64,000 nucleotides of DNA, taken from positions 186,001 through 250,000 of the forward strand of contig JAVKOQ020000041.1 of the NCBI GenBank assembly GCA_031835245.2, given 5' to 3'. The position numbers and the translations under genes are program-made. Origin of the DNA: Balamuthia mandrillaris (taxonomy: Eukaryota). The number at the start of each line of letters is the position of its first letter. Position 1 is the stretch's first letter. The notes beneath the pieces are model-generated. The model searched no databases, was not told the origin of the DNA, and saw only the letters and a list, made by a program, of their open reading frames with translations. Of this stretch, positions 42,922 to 56,707 are shown in pieces.

Positions 42922-44173
42922 TTAGCGGTCTTCATCGCTGCTAAAGTGGTCCGTATCTTCATCGCTGCTCGTTGCAAGGTCTGTCGTTTGTCCTCTCTCC
43001 GTGTCATCAGCAGCAGTCGTTGCGTTTGTCACTTCTGTCGTTTCTGTCACATCTTCTTCGCTGCTGCTCTCTTCTCCTCTTCTAGTTGTTGCTGTTGCTG
43101 TTGCAGTTGTCTCCTCTTCATCGTCGTCTCTGTCGAGAGGTATTTCTTGCATTGCGATTTCGTTCTCACCGCTGCCATCAACGGGACGTGCGGCGCCTTC
43201 TGGTTCATTAGGGAAGGACGCTCTGTAATGGTTGACCGCTGCGGCTTGGGCTTGTGGAGAGGAGGCGGCAATAGGTCTCTTTCTCCTTTGTGGTCCTAAC
43301 ATTGCGCTTTGTATTGTGGTGTGTGAGCGCGAGAAGAAAGCAAAATAGAGAAGAAGCAAAGAAGCAGAGAAAAAAAAGAATGTTACCAAATGCCAATAAT
43401 GATGGCCATGTCAGCGAGTTCAAGGAAGAGCACAAAGACGTAGGTGTAAAAGGTAAAGAAGAGGACATGCGCAGCAACCAAGATCAACAGAGCCATAATA
43501 TAAGCCAATACCAGCGTCGACACTTTGCTATTTTAATAAAAAAGATAAGTTAAACGAAGAAATAAGAAGGGACAAAAAAGAAGCATAGATGGCATACATA
43601 AAGAAGACGGTTTTTTGCCGTAACTCTGTTTCGGTAGCGCCGCGAAGATGCTTTGCTCTGTAAAGAGCAATGCTGCGTTGTGTACACCATATCGCGAATG
43701 CAAAGATAGCCAAATAGGGTAACATTATGGGCAGCTACAAACGGTATCAGAAGAGCGGAGAGAAAACGAGGATGAAAGACTAAAGAAGACAAGACTTACA
43801 ATGTAGTAATCACCAAAGATCCAAATCCAAAGTGCGGCAAAGTATAAACAGAATAAAAGAACGAGAGAGATGATGATCTCTTGCCACCACATGGTCTTCC
43901 GCAACCATCCCCATCCCATCGTCACCAACAGCAGCACAGCAAAGAAGTAGGCATAGTAGAGAGCGTTTACAATGCTAAGCAGCAAAGTATAGCCAAAGGA
44001 GTTGTCTCCGTTGTTGGATTCGACCTCCCAGTAGGCGGCGTTGAAGATGAATAGTGCCACTTTGACGACGAGCGTAACCATTATAACCACGTGCAAGCGG
44101 GTTATGTGCTGTTTGTTGTATACAATAAAGATACAATATGTCATTTGTTTGTGCGCTTATGTGTGATAAATAA

Positions 44174-44218
<45 letters not shown>

Positions 44219-45002
44219 ACGAACGAGAAAGAACGAAAAAACAATCCCACTAACCTGTTTATGACGATGCATAATGACCCACCAAATCAAAATGCCAACA
44301 ATCCAAAAGCCAATGCCGATGGAGTAGCCCAAGGGCAACGGGATATGTGGCCATCCCAAGTGCTCATCATCCGGATTCATAAAGGTGTATTCCACATCCA
44401 ACTCCACCGGAACGTTATAGCAGTTGACAATGTCGAAGTGGTACATGTCGTACTCCTTGATGGTGTAGGAGAGGTCCAGCACGCCTCTGAAGTTGTAGAT
44501 GAGCTCGCACTCGGTCTCCCCTTTGTAGATGCGGTCGCAGAGTTCTTTGCCCTCCTCATTTTCGTAGGAGTCGAAGGCGTCCCACCAGTCCTCGTTGTTG
44601 CACACCAGCAATATCAGTGGTAACTCCTTTTTAATGTTTCGTTTTTTTTTAAGTGTCCTTGGAGAAAGAGGAGGGATGAGAGCGAAGAGAGGGGAGAGAA
44701 GAGAGAAGAGAGAAGAGAGAAGAGAGGGAGAGAAGAGAGAAGAGAGAAGAGAGAAGAGAGAAGAGAGAAGAGAGAAGAGAGGAAGAGAGAGGAACAAGAG
44801 AGAAGCAGAGACGAACTCTTTTGGAAGGGGTGACTTTCACTACAAAGTGGCCATCCTCCTCGAAGCCAAAGCGGTCCAGCTGCCACAGGATCCTGCTGCC
44901 CTCAAACTCCTCCTCTCCTACCAAGGCGTCCGCCCCGCCGCAAAGCATCAACGCCAGCGTCAGCAGAAGCATCGAGCCCGCCAAAGAAAACCGCCAATAC
45001 AT
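42922..45002 (-). CDS. GOST/LUSTR family (GPR107/108/TMEM87-like) 7TM protein, multi-exon
   Basis: Signal peptide, RFGFEEDGHF, YTFMNPDDEHL..IPLP, ITRLHVVI, LLLVTMGWG, several TM helices, acidic tail. Confidence 0.8.
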
Positions 45003-45414
45003 ATTATATTCTCGTGTTTCCTGTATAAAAAAAAAAAAAAACAGATCTTTCGTGGATTAACTTACAAAGAAGAAAACGTAAAGAAGGGCAGGTGGAGGAG
45101 GAGGAGGAGGGAAGGCGCTAAAAGAACCTTGGCTGTTGTCTAAAGTACAAGAAAAAAAAAAATAAGGGGGTTCCGAAGAGAAGAAAGCGTTGACGCCTTT
45201 GGTTGTTGTGGTTATGCGTATACGTCGTCCCTGCCTTTTCTGTTCTGTTCTTTATATATATTTATTTATTTGGTTTTCATTCCATCGGATAATTGCACAA
45301 ACATCAGTTCTCCCTATTAATGATTGATTCACGATAATTTTCTTTTATTGCGATTATCGTTAAAAGTTATATAGAATGACCCAATTATCCAAATACCGTA
45401 GCGTAGCGGTGGGT

Positions 45415-46201
45415 AGACAAAGGGGGGGGAGGATGGCACCTTCCTCGACAAAACGGAAGGCGTGCTGGTGGGGGGAGGCACCCCCTTGCCCCCACTTGTG
45501 CAAAGCAGCGCAGATTGGGGAGATGTCAATGGGGACCAACGCTTTTGGACTTGGTGGTCTGTGGCTTGGCAGCATCAAGTGCTGCCTTCTCAGCAGTGTT
45601 TGTGCAGACAGAAGGGGAAGGGCAGTTCAGGGATGGCACAGCGGAGCTGTTTCCCGGAGGATTGCTGCCACAAGTTCGCTACTGTGCTGTTCGCTTTGTG
45701 GATTTCGATGGTGATGCTCTGCTTGACTTGCTCTCCTCTCTCTCTGTTTGTCTTTCTCACTGATGGATGAGAGCAGATGTGGCGGATGTGGAGTTTGGCA
45801 GTTCCTCTCCGCTACCACTTTCCCCAGGTGTCCGCATGGTGTGGATGGATGTGGATGGCAACGGATCTCCTGACTTTTCCTCCTTCAGTGTGACAGGCCT
45901 TCTGCTGCAGAGGAACACCAGAGCCTTCTCAGAGGATGAGAGTTCCTCCTCCTCCTCTTCCTCTTCTCCACCAAGCAACTCCTCCTCTTCTTCTTCCTCC
46001 TCCTCTTCCTCTGAGAGCAATGAGTCAGATGACAGAAGCACTGTGGACCAAAGCGATGATGATGATGATGACTTGTGGTGGCAAGTGACGGTGCCCGTGG
46101 TGGTGGTGGTGATCTTGGTTGGCTTGTTTGTGGTGGTGGTGGCCTTGGTTGGTGTCAACATGGTGCGGAAGAAGAAGAGAAAGAGCAAACAAATGCTGTG
46201 A
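45415..46201 (+). pseudogene. FG-GAP repeat membrane protein fragment, copy B, frameshifted
   Basis: WGDVNGDQR shifts frame to LDLVVCG; FVDFDGDALLDL. The last exon is nearly identical to copy A, in inverted orientation. Confidence 0.55.
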
Positions 46202-46277
46202 ACATCATCATAATAATGGGAGCCATCCTGCTGCTCTTGGCTTTCGATAGCACGCGAGCTATCAAGACCGAATGTGA

Positions 46278-46319
<42 letters not shown>

Positions 46320-46517
46320 CATTGGACCTTCATCCCTTCTCTCTTTTTTCCTACCAAAAAAACAGTCCTTCACCCTTGTTATAATGACATTCCATCTTGG
46401 GGGAGAAAGAAGGAAGAAAGAAGAAAGAGAACTGCCCGCAAATCGAACGGAAGGTGTCGCGTGCTCTTGCTCTACCTCAAGGGGGGAGGGAAGGGAGGGA
46501 CGGCGGAGAGGAGGGCG

Positions 46518-47046
46518 ATGATGGAAACCAAATGTCATCCACCCATCGCACCCACCACCGTTCAAACTAAAAAGAGGAACGTTATCCAAACGGAGCAGCC
46601 GCCGCACCCACGCCGAACGGACCGCCTCTCTTTGTGCGTTCCCTCAAGAAAAAGACATAGACCAGCTCCTTCTTCCTCCTCGCTCGCTGCTCAACCAATA
46701 ATGCCTCCTCCACCCACTTTCCCTTCTCCTTCTTCTTTTTCTCCCTCTTCTGTTGCTGCTCCTTCCTTTCGATTAGACATGCTGCCGGCAGAACTCTTGC
46801 TCCAGATCATGAAGCAGCTGCGCTCGCCGTCGGACGTTTGCTCCGTGGCTTTGACCGCCAAACTCTTTTGGGAGATCGCCTCGGAGGAGGCGCTGTGGCG
46901 ACACTTCTTCTTGAGGAGCAAATACGCCGCCCGCACGACTCACTCTGTGGCCTTCTCCAAGTCTAGACAGAGTATATAGTTTGCTTTCTTTCTCTCTTCT
47001 TTATTTCTCTTTTTTATTCCTTCTTCTTCTTGTTCCTTCTTCTTCT

Positions 47047-47098
<52 letters not shown>

Positions 47099-48997
47099 CT
47101 TCTTCTTCTTGTTGTTGTTGTTGTTCTTCTTCTTCTTCTTCTTCTTCTTCTTCTTCTTCTTCTTCTTCTTCTTCTTGTTCTTCTTCTTCTTGTTCTTCTT
47201 CTTCTTGTTCTTCTTCTTCTTCTTCTTCTTCTTGATCTAAAGTGTCGTTCCTCCAACATCTATAAAACAAATAGAGGGAATAACGTGGAAAGAGAGTTAC
47301 AAACGGTTCTACGACATCGAGAGAAGATGGAAGTCGGGTTGCTACAAAACCATTCCATGTTATGGTTGGTTCATTCGTTACGCTCAACTCTTGTGTGTTA
47401 CCGAAAACTAACATTGAGTCTTTGTTTTAACAATACAAAGACCACAGAGCAACCATTTGGGCTGTTACCTGCAACAAACGCCATGCACTTTGTGCCACAC
47501 AGGTAACATTCTTTCTTCCTTCTTGCTCTTCCTTTTCATCTTCTTATTTTTCTTCATTTTTTAAACTGGTAGGATGCAACAGTTTGTGTATGGGACTTGA
47601 GTAAAGCAAGGCGTGGTCGCCTCTGCTCGGTTCTTCTCGGTCATAGTTTACACGTAAAAGCAGGTATAGCTTTATCTTCTACGTCTCCGTTCCTTCTTCC
47701 TGTTCTTTTGCTTTTTCTTCTTCTTCTTCTTCTTCTTCTTCTTCTTCTTCTTCATGTTCTTCGCTTGTGTTATCCCTGTCTCATTTATTTGAATTAAAAT
47801 TAAGTGCAATTGACGAGTAATAGCAAAGTGGCGTTTAGCGGAGGTGGCGACAACACCATTCGAATGTGGAATCCTTTTGCAAAAGGACAAAACGGAAAGC
47901 AATGTCTCCAAACGATGGTTGGACATAGCAGAGCCGTATGGAGTCTCAGCCTCAACGAACAGCACCAACAATTGGCTTCTGGTTCTGGTGATGCTACAAT
48001 CAGGTGTACGTATCTCCTCTTCTCATCGCTTGCTTTTCTGCTCCCTTATTTCCTTTTTTTTTTCTTGGTTTGGTTGTTTATAATGTTGTATCTGAAGTGT
48101 GGGATGTTGAGCATGGACGAGCCATCCAAACTTTCGAAGGACACGAGGAGTTGGTGTCGTGTGTGTATCTAAGAGGGCATCGATTAGTCTCTGGTTCGGA
48201 TGACAAGACAGTAAAGGTACACATTCTGTCCTCTTTTTCATGCTTCGCTTGTTGTTTATCGTAACAACAAACAGATATGGGATACTAGAAGCAGATCCGC
48301 AGTTCGCACTTTGAATGGACATTCTCATTACCTCACTTGTTGTCAGTTTGACCGCGACAAAATCGTCACGTTCGTTACCTCTCTTCTTTTCCATAGCTGT
48401 GGAACGAAAAGATTCTGCTATTTCTCTCTTACAATCTATGCTATCCCAACAGTGGGGGACTGGACGGAACGATTCGCTTTTGGGACTGGCGCAGTGATGG
48501 CGGAAGTTATCGTGTCGATCGCCCGTTTCCAAGTAACTTTCCGCTTATCCCTGTCTCTCTTGCGCTTTTTTGTAGCATGTGGTTTACTTTCTCTACTCTT
48601 GGGAACAAAAAAGAAATACGTGACCTCCGTTTTGATAAACTGCGACTAGTTTGCTCTGGCGGTTCCAGGTTTGTTCGCTCACGGGAGGTGTTCTTGTTGA
48701 GTTTCTCTCTGCTACTCTCTCTCTCTTTCTCTCTCTATCTCTCTCTCTCTCTCTCCCTCTCTCTCTCTCTGCTCAAGTCTCAAACAGAAAAAGAAAACAA
48801 AAACGAGCCAAAAAGAGCTGATGAAAAACAAAAAATAAAGTGCAGGGATGAAAGTAATGGATGTGGAAACAGGAGAGGAATGGTGCTGCATTGGTGATGC
48901 TGAGTACAGCAACAGTTGGGCTCTCGATTTTAACGATGATGTTTTGGTTGGCGGAGATTCCATCTTTTGCATTTGGGACTTTTCTATCGATAACTGA
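46518..48997 (+). CDS. F-box/WD40 repeat protein, multi-exon
   Basis: F-box LDMLPAELLLQIMKQL..EEALWR. WD repeats GHSRAVWSL..LASGSGDATIR, GHEELVSCV..SGSDDKTVK. Confidence 0.9.
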
Positions 48998-49072
48998 ACA
49001 GTTTAGTACAAAGAGAGTTTAGTAAGGAGAAAGAAAAGAAACAAAACGGGAAAGAGAGTAAATAAATAAGGA

Positions 49073-51288
49073 TTAAATGAGATGATCCGTTTCGGAAGCG
49101 TTGGAGATTGCTTCTTCTGGATCCAGTTCGTCATGTCCATCACCTCTTCTTCGTTGATCTTCAAAAGAGGGAGAAGAGGCTTGATAGTCGCTGCTGCTGC
49201 CGCCATCTTCCATGAAAGACTGGTAGTTACGAACAGAGTTGTGAGTGTTGTTTGCGTTGGTTGGTCTAACTCCCAAACGAGAAAAGTATGCTGAACGCAG
49301 TTGCATTACATTCCTTTTAATTGTTTTGGTTTTTAATTATATTTTAGTCACACACCAAAAAAGACAAAGAGTTTAGAGGGAAGAGAGGAAGGCAAAAGAG
49401 GAGAAGGAGAAGAGAGGAAGAAGAACAAGGAGGAGAAGAACAGAAAGCACAAAGACAATTCAACAAACCTAGCTTGATGTTCAGGGCGCACGCCAATAAC
49501 GATTGGTTCAGGCTGCGCGATGCCCGAGTTGAATACTACTGGACCATAATCCTCCACAATAACCTCTCCAGCAGCGGCAGCCTCCTCCGAAGGTCCGCTC
49601 TCCTTCATCAGTCGATAAATAATGAGACCAGCGAGAATGATGAAGAGAGCAGCTATATCATAAGCGGAGAGGGAGGTAGCGTTGGAGCCCATGATGAAGT
49701 GGAGGGTGAAGCAAATGTTGGCCAGAGGAAGAACGATGGCAGAGGCCACGGTGAGCAGAGCAGCACTACTGTACTTAATCACCCACAAAATCACTGTTTT
49801 TTTTTTTTTTTTTTTTTTTGATAGAGTTAAATGAATGTAATACGAGAATGCATAGAATGATGAAAAGGAAGAAGAGAAAGAGTAAGAAGAGAGGAGACGT
49901 ACAGATATTGTAACAGAGATTGGCAGCAATGTAGCCGGATACCATTACAGCAGACCAATGGCAATCGTCGTCGGGTGCCGAGTTAATGCCAACGAGACAT
50001 TTGGCACCATCGGCAATGTTACCGGGGATCTCTTTGAAAGTCAGTCCTCCAAAACCAGGAATGGCTGTGTTGTGTGTGTATGATTTTTAGGTATTGACAA
50101 TGAGTGAGTGAACAATCTTCAAAGGAAACTATCGACAAGGGTACCTGTGATTGGGAAGAACAGCATTCCGACCAAGAACTGCCACAAAGCAACCCAAGCG
50201 TTCACGTAAAACACATCCAAGTCAACTGCTCCCTTAAAAGCTACTTCCTTGTAGACACCAGAAAACGCATTTGGGACTTGTTTTTTGAAATAAAATTGAA
50301 GAAAGTCAGCGGGTTTGAAGAGCAGAGAGAGAAGAGAGAAAAGAGAAGAGAAGAGAAGAGAAGGAGAAGAGAAGAGAAGAGAAGAGAAGAGAAGAGAAGA
50401 GAAGAGAAGAGAAGAGAAGAGAAGAGAAGAGAAAGAGAAGAGAAGAGAGAAGAGAAGAGAAGAGAAGAGAAAGAAGAGAAGAGAAGAGAAGAGAAGAAAA
50501 GAGAAGAGAAGAGAAGAGAAGAGAAGAGAAGAGAAGAGAAGAGAAGAGAAGAGAAGAGAAGAGAAGAGAAGAGAGCGATGAAGAGAACGATGAAGAGAAC
50601 GATGAAGAGAAGAGAAGAGAAGAATACTAACTATTAGAAGCAAGAAAAACAATGATGCCAAAGATTGTGTTAGAGCCAGAGCCTTCGACCATCTTTGGAA
50701 TGAGAGCCAACAGAATACCACTCATAATGATGGTAGCACCAAGATAATGTCCCCATTTGTACCTGTTCGAACGATTAATTTTAAAAATATAGCACCATAA
50801 GAATTAATGAAAACCAAGAAAAGAGAACAAAAGGATATAGAAGAAGCAGAAGCAGAACAAGCACAAGGACAAGTACAAGACAAGAATGAACAAGAACGCA
50901 TAGAGAGTGTGGTAATACCTGACGTTAAGAATTCTTCGGAAAATACGCAAGGAAACCATCCAAGAGAAGAACATGGTGGTTGGAATTACGGCTTGAGTAA
51001 GCAGTTGTTGCATGGAGCCAGAGGTTTGGTTACCTCCAAAGATCATCATGACACCGGCAAAGGCGTCAAGTCCGCCCATGATCAAAAATTTCCACTTTGG
51101 GAAGCGCAATTGCTCTTTGTCTATTCTCTTCGTGAAGCACATGAAGAAGAAAACGATCGGCCAAAAGAGAGGAAGATAGATAATTGTTGAGAGTTGACTG
51201 TTTGTTTAGAGTTAACGAAAAAAAGAATGAAGCAATACGTCATAAGAAGAGGAAAGAGAGAAGGGAGAGGGCGGAAGAACAAGGAGAG

Positions 51289-51333
<45 letters not shown>

Positions 51334-52018
51334 TAGAGAGAGAGAAAACGGACCTGATAAAGTAAGGATAGTTCTTCATTGGATAAAGCATTTTTCTGAA
51401 CATCACACGGTTGGTTGTGGCCACGGCAACAAGCTGAATATTGATTTACAAAAAAAGCGGTCGTAGGCATTAAGAAATATAGAACGGAGAGAACGAGAGA
51501 AGAGAGGCAGAAGGTAGAAAAACGAAGAGAGACAGAGAGAGACAGAGACAGAGACAGAGACAGAGACAGAGACAGAGACAGAGACAGAGACAGAGACAGA
51601 GACAGAGACAGAGACAGAGACAGAGACAGAGACAGAGACAGAGACAGAGAGTGACAGAGAATGGAAGAAAGAGAAAAAAAAAAGAGTATAAAGGAACAAA
51701 CAAAGGTACCATAAGGAGAAGGAAGGGAAGGAAGAGGCGCCGAGGGTGCAAGTAGTATTTGAGGGGATGCTCAGGCCTCAGACGTTTGGCAAGACGGAAC
51801 AAAAAGGACTGCTTTTGTATTCCAACCTTCTCGCCGCCTCTCAAATCGATTTCCCTGAGCTCATTCCTTCTCCGCTCACTCTCTGCTGAGCTGTTGAAAC
51901 GGACAGATTTGGGTGCGGCCCGTTTCAACAGAGGCTCCGCCTCAGAGTCCGTTTCTAGCGAGTCCGGAGGCAACGGCGCATTGATGGAGACATGTTCATC
52001 ATACTCTATGCTCGTCAT
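49073..52018 (-). CDS. CRT-like (chloroquine resistance transporter family) membrane transporter, multi-exon
   Basis: FPKWKFLIMGGLDA, QQLLTQAVIP, YKEVAF..LDVFYVNAWVALWQF, VIKYSSAALL..LPLANICF. Confidence 0.85.
50324..50575. repeat. (AGAAG)n pentamer microsatellite in intron
   Basis: Tandem pentamers. Confidence 0.9.
51528..51650. repeat. (GAGACA)n hexamer microsatellite in intron
   Basis: Perfect tandem hexamers. Confidence 0.95.
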
Positions 52019-52516
52019 TTTTGTTTCTTTTGATCCGATGAGAAAGAAAATAAATCAAAAGTTCTGCACACAGAGAGAGAGACTGAGAGAGAGCTGGTTA
52101 GTGGAGGAACGAAAAATACCAAGTTTTATTTCAGTGTGAGTCGGACGCTAAAGTAGCGGGAGCTTTTGAAGAAAAACGAAAGAAGAAGAAGAACCTCTTG
52201 CTGCTTCCTCTCCCTCTCTCTCTCTCTCTGTTCTTCTTTTCGGCGGCGGAAAACTTGTTTTACTTTTTCTGTTTGTTCTTTGATTTATTATCATTTGATT
52301 GATTAAGATCGCTCAGATACAACCAATCAGGATATAATGTCGACGCTCGAGTGAACTATCTGTCGTAAATTATCACAACAGAATTTGAAATATTGTGATT
52401 TATTCAAAACATCGTGTAACAAAGATGTATATTAAATATTGTTGATTTTTTTTAAGTAAAAAGTGCGAATTATCGACTGAGAGAGAGGGCCGCTCTGTGT
52501 CTGTTCATCATTTCGG

Positions 52517-55500
52517 TCAAGCAGGAGAAGAACAAGACTCGCCCTTAAAACCGTTATCGCAAGCACAACGGTTGGACAAGCACTTGCCGTGGTTGTCGCA
52601 CAAAATACTGACACCGCCAAAGGCGCTGTCCAGGTAAGTCGGGCAATGGCTCTTGATGATTCCCTTGGGAACGGTCTTGGTGATGCAGTGCACCGCTCCT
52701 TCCATTCTGATCACCACGTCGGAGTTGATTGGCACTATCCCATTCCTATGGTTAAACCAAAGAGAGTGTGTCCGTTAAACAGAGGTTGTTAAGAGGAAAG
52801 AGAAAGGAAACATTGAAGAATGAGGAATGAGAAGAAAGAGAGGCGTACTTGTATCGGCCATTAGCAACAGAAGCCAACATCTTCAACGCTTGCTGTTGGT
52901 AGGTGGTGGACTCCTGATAGACAGGCACCAACAACTTCTTATTGAGGTGCAACAAGTTGGTGTAGCTCCTATAGATCTTCACATCCGTCGTGTCAGGGCA
53001 GCTCTCAGGAACCTTCAGGCCAACCCTGGGACAGTTGGAAGGCATGGGCATCAACTCCACCGCGAAACCGTACTTTTTGCCGTACTTCTTACGCAGCGAG
53101 TCGGCCACCTCCAACATGATCTTGTGGTTGATTGGGTCTTGAGCTTCGGTGTAAACGCCGATCACCAGGGTGTTGGGGTCTGCCCAAAACATGAACAAGT
53201 CGACATGACCCGTTGCTGTGGTTGTTTGTTTAGTGGTTTGTAAAAAAGTTTTGAGAAAGAGAAAAAGAAAAGGGGGCGTTACTAACGTTCACCATCAAGA
53301 GCACTAACAACGGCAAGATCCACGCAACCGGCTTTATCAAACTCGGACCACTCTTCGCTTGGGACGCGGTCGCTGATGATGCAAAGTCCCTTGCCATTCG
53401 TCTGAAAGTTGCCCCACTCGAACTCCAGGTTCAGTTTGGTGTAAGAGAGATCCACTCTCTTTCTGGCAAAGTCGGCTGCCACGTAATAGTCTCCTGGTCG
53501 ATCGTAGATGGCTCCGAGGGTGCCGCCTTCTAACGCTTTGCTGGTGTTGGAAAAGTAGAAATGGGGTCCATAGTCTCTCATCTGTTTACAGGTTCGTTGT
53601 CAGGGTTGAGGACAAGGAGGAAAACGAATGTAATGAAGAAAAGAGAAGGGTCCAGAGAGGAGAGCAGAGCGAAGTGTACCCAAGCAGAGGTCACCTCGAA
53701 AGGCAGCCAAACGGTCTTTGCGGGGTTCTCCAAGTCAAACACGTTGGCTCCAGCCTCCTGCAACCTGTTCTTGCCGTCTCTGATGTTGCCCGGTTGTATG
53801 TAGATATAGACGGTGACATTCTCCTGCCAGGCGGCCCGCATGATGTCGGCGTAGACGTCCGACCACATGTCGCCACCTCCTCTCGTCCCGATGAGAACGG
53901 CCTCCACTGGCATTCCTTCCCAAGGAACTGTCACGTTGGCAACGGCTCGTTGGTTGTCAGACAAAGAGACAAAAGTTACAGCCGGGCGTCGTGGTTGAGA
54001 AGAAGCAGAACTCTACCCCCTTCCCTTTTGTTTTTCTGCCGGTTACGTCAGCACAACTTGATCTTGAACAAGATCCCTATCAAATTTCCGAATTGACTCT
54101 ACGAAAATTCTTACGAGGACAAAACTCGAAGAACAGCTGAAACGGAGCATGGTGAACAAAAATGACACGAAAGAGAGAAGCAGGACTTGTGTGTATCAAT
54201 GGAAAGGAAAAAAGCAAGTCACAAGTTTAAGAGTACTGAGCAAATGCACTTTTCACCGTGTTAAGTGTGTCAAAAGTGATTGTTCCATTATTATCTGTCC
54301 AGTCTGTGTTCTCTTGATAGCCCCAGTGCTTTAGGTTCTCAAGAAAGGCACCAGTTTCATCAGGCTTGAACATGGAGGGCGAGATTGTCAATTCTTTAAA
54401 TTTGTGTGCTTTTAGAAGAAAAAATTAGAGGTCATTGAAAAGAAGGAACAGAGAAGAAAAGAGAATAGAAAGCAGAAAATAAAAATGAGCAGGGTACCTT
54501 GAAAAGCGTCTCTAATCCTTCTATTGCATGAAGAAAGTGTTTGTGTACCTCTTTGAAGTCTTTTATGTGCTGCAAATCCAAGACGAATGAGGACCTGGGC
54601 CAGAGGTTCATCTTTTGTCAAGTCTTTGCCTGTCATATTTTTGAGAATCTTTTTCACTTGAGCAAAAAAGAACTCTCCTCACTCTGTTGAAGCATTCTTG
54701 AAGTCCATTTGTTCATAAAAATCAGCTGTGTGGCTGACAAGAACATGACCATAGAGCTTCATAATAGTATCTCGGTGTGAACTTGATGGAGTTCTATAAT
54801 GGTGGTGATGGTGGCGATGGTGGCGATGGTATGATGGTGGCGGTGGCGGTGGCGATGGTGGCGATGGCGATGGTGGCGATGGTAGCAATGGTGGCGATGG
54901 TTGGCGACGGTGGCGATGGATGGATGGCGGCGATAGGCGGACGGCGGTGACGGTGGCGATGGTGGCGACGGTGGCGATGGTGGCGATGATGGCGACGGTG
55001 GTGATGGCAACGGTGGCGACGGTGGCAACGGTGGCGACGGTGGCGACGGTGGCGACGGTGGCAACGGTGGCGACGGTGGCAACGGTGACGATGGTGGCGA
55101 TGGTGGCAATGGCGACGGTGGCGATGGTGGCAATAGCGATGGTGGTGATGGTGGCGATGGTGGCGATGGCGGTAATGTTAGAAAATGATTTATAGATGAG
55201 AGAGGGAGAGAAGGAGAGGAGGTAGAGGAGGGAGAAGGAGAGAAGAGAGCAAGGGAGAGAGAGAGAGAACAGAGGACAATAAGAAAATGAAGAAAAAGAA
55301 AAGAAAGAACTTACTCTTCATTTGACAAATCAATTGCACGTTCACTTTGCAAACTTCGATACAGGATCCCAAAGAAGAAAAGCAAGAGCTGCAAACAAAG
55401 GATGGCCAAGACAAGATGTACCATCACATCATACTCCATACTGTAGATTAATAATCGACTAAAACCAAAAGATAAGTAATTATTATCAGAGGAAAAAAGA

Positions 55501-56343
55501 AAAAGAAAAAACAAACCTCACTTAAACGTAAAAGACCCCCTTTAACTGCAAGCATAGTAAGCCATATTATTGCTGTTGAAAGAGAAACAACACGAGAACT
55601 TGAAAGTATGTCAAATAGTTAGTTACTGAAAAAAAAAAAAGACAAAGAGAGAAGAGAAGAGAATGAGAATGAGAATGAGAATGAGAATAAGAAAGAAAAA
55701 GAGAAAGAGAAAGAGAAGAAAACAAAACAAGAAAGAAAGAAAAACAAAATACCTATAAAGACTTTGAGAACCTTGTAGATTATCTCGTGAGACAGAACCA
55801 ATAGGAACATATCCTGTTGCAAATAAGTCGGCTAATATTGCACCTGAAGCAGCATTTTGGTACGGCTTGTCTGCACAGCGTTGTCCAATCAACAACTTCT
55901 CTTCTTCTTCTTTTAACGTTGCAATAGGAGGCAATGCAACAACATCAACATTATCAACTTTTCGTTTTCGTCGTCGCTTTCGAGGATGCAACTCTTGATA
56001 CCAACGATAGGCAACATACGATGCATCCTTGACATCTTGCCACTCTACATGAATGGAAACAAACTGGCCCCACTCTCTTTTCTCTTTCTCCTTCTTCTTC
56101 TTTACTTATGTGCATTGAGGAAGATCTTGTAGGCATTGTAGTCGATTTGAAGTTTTGAAAGAGGCATTATGTAGATCATATAGCTTTCGTAGCCACCAGC
56201 CCTTGTTCTTGTGGTGTTTCGGATTCAGCAAAAAGTGAATGGCGGCCACCTTTATGGAGAGACAAAAAAAGCATAAGAGCAAAGAAAAGAAGTAGAAGAA
56301 AAGAGAACAAAATAAAGAAACAAAGAAAGAAAGACAAAGAACA

Positions 56344-56382
<39 letters not shown>

Positions 56383-56676
56383 AAGAGAAAAGAAAGAGAA
56401 CAAAACAAAGAAAGGAAGAAAAAAACAAAAGAAAGAGAGAAAAAGAGGGAGAGAGAAAGAAAGAAAAGAAGAAAGAAAGAGAGAAAGAAAAAGAGGAAAA
56501 GAGAGAGAGAAAGAAAAAGAGGAAAAGAGAGAGAGAAAGAAAGAGAAAAAGAGAGAGAAAGAGAGAAAACAAGAGAGAGAGAGAAAAAGAAAAAAGAGAA
56601 AGAGAGAGAAAGAGAGAAAACAAGAGAGAGAGAGAGAGAGAAAGAGAGAAAGAAAGAGAGAGAGAGAGAAAGAGAG

Positions 56677-56707
<31 letters not shown>

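Noticed and set aside
54759..55195. Extensin-like Pro-rich and His-rich ORFs (also 57513-58022)
   Set aside because: Frames of an intronic minisatellite.
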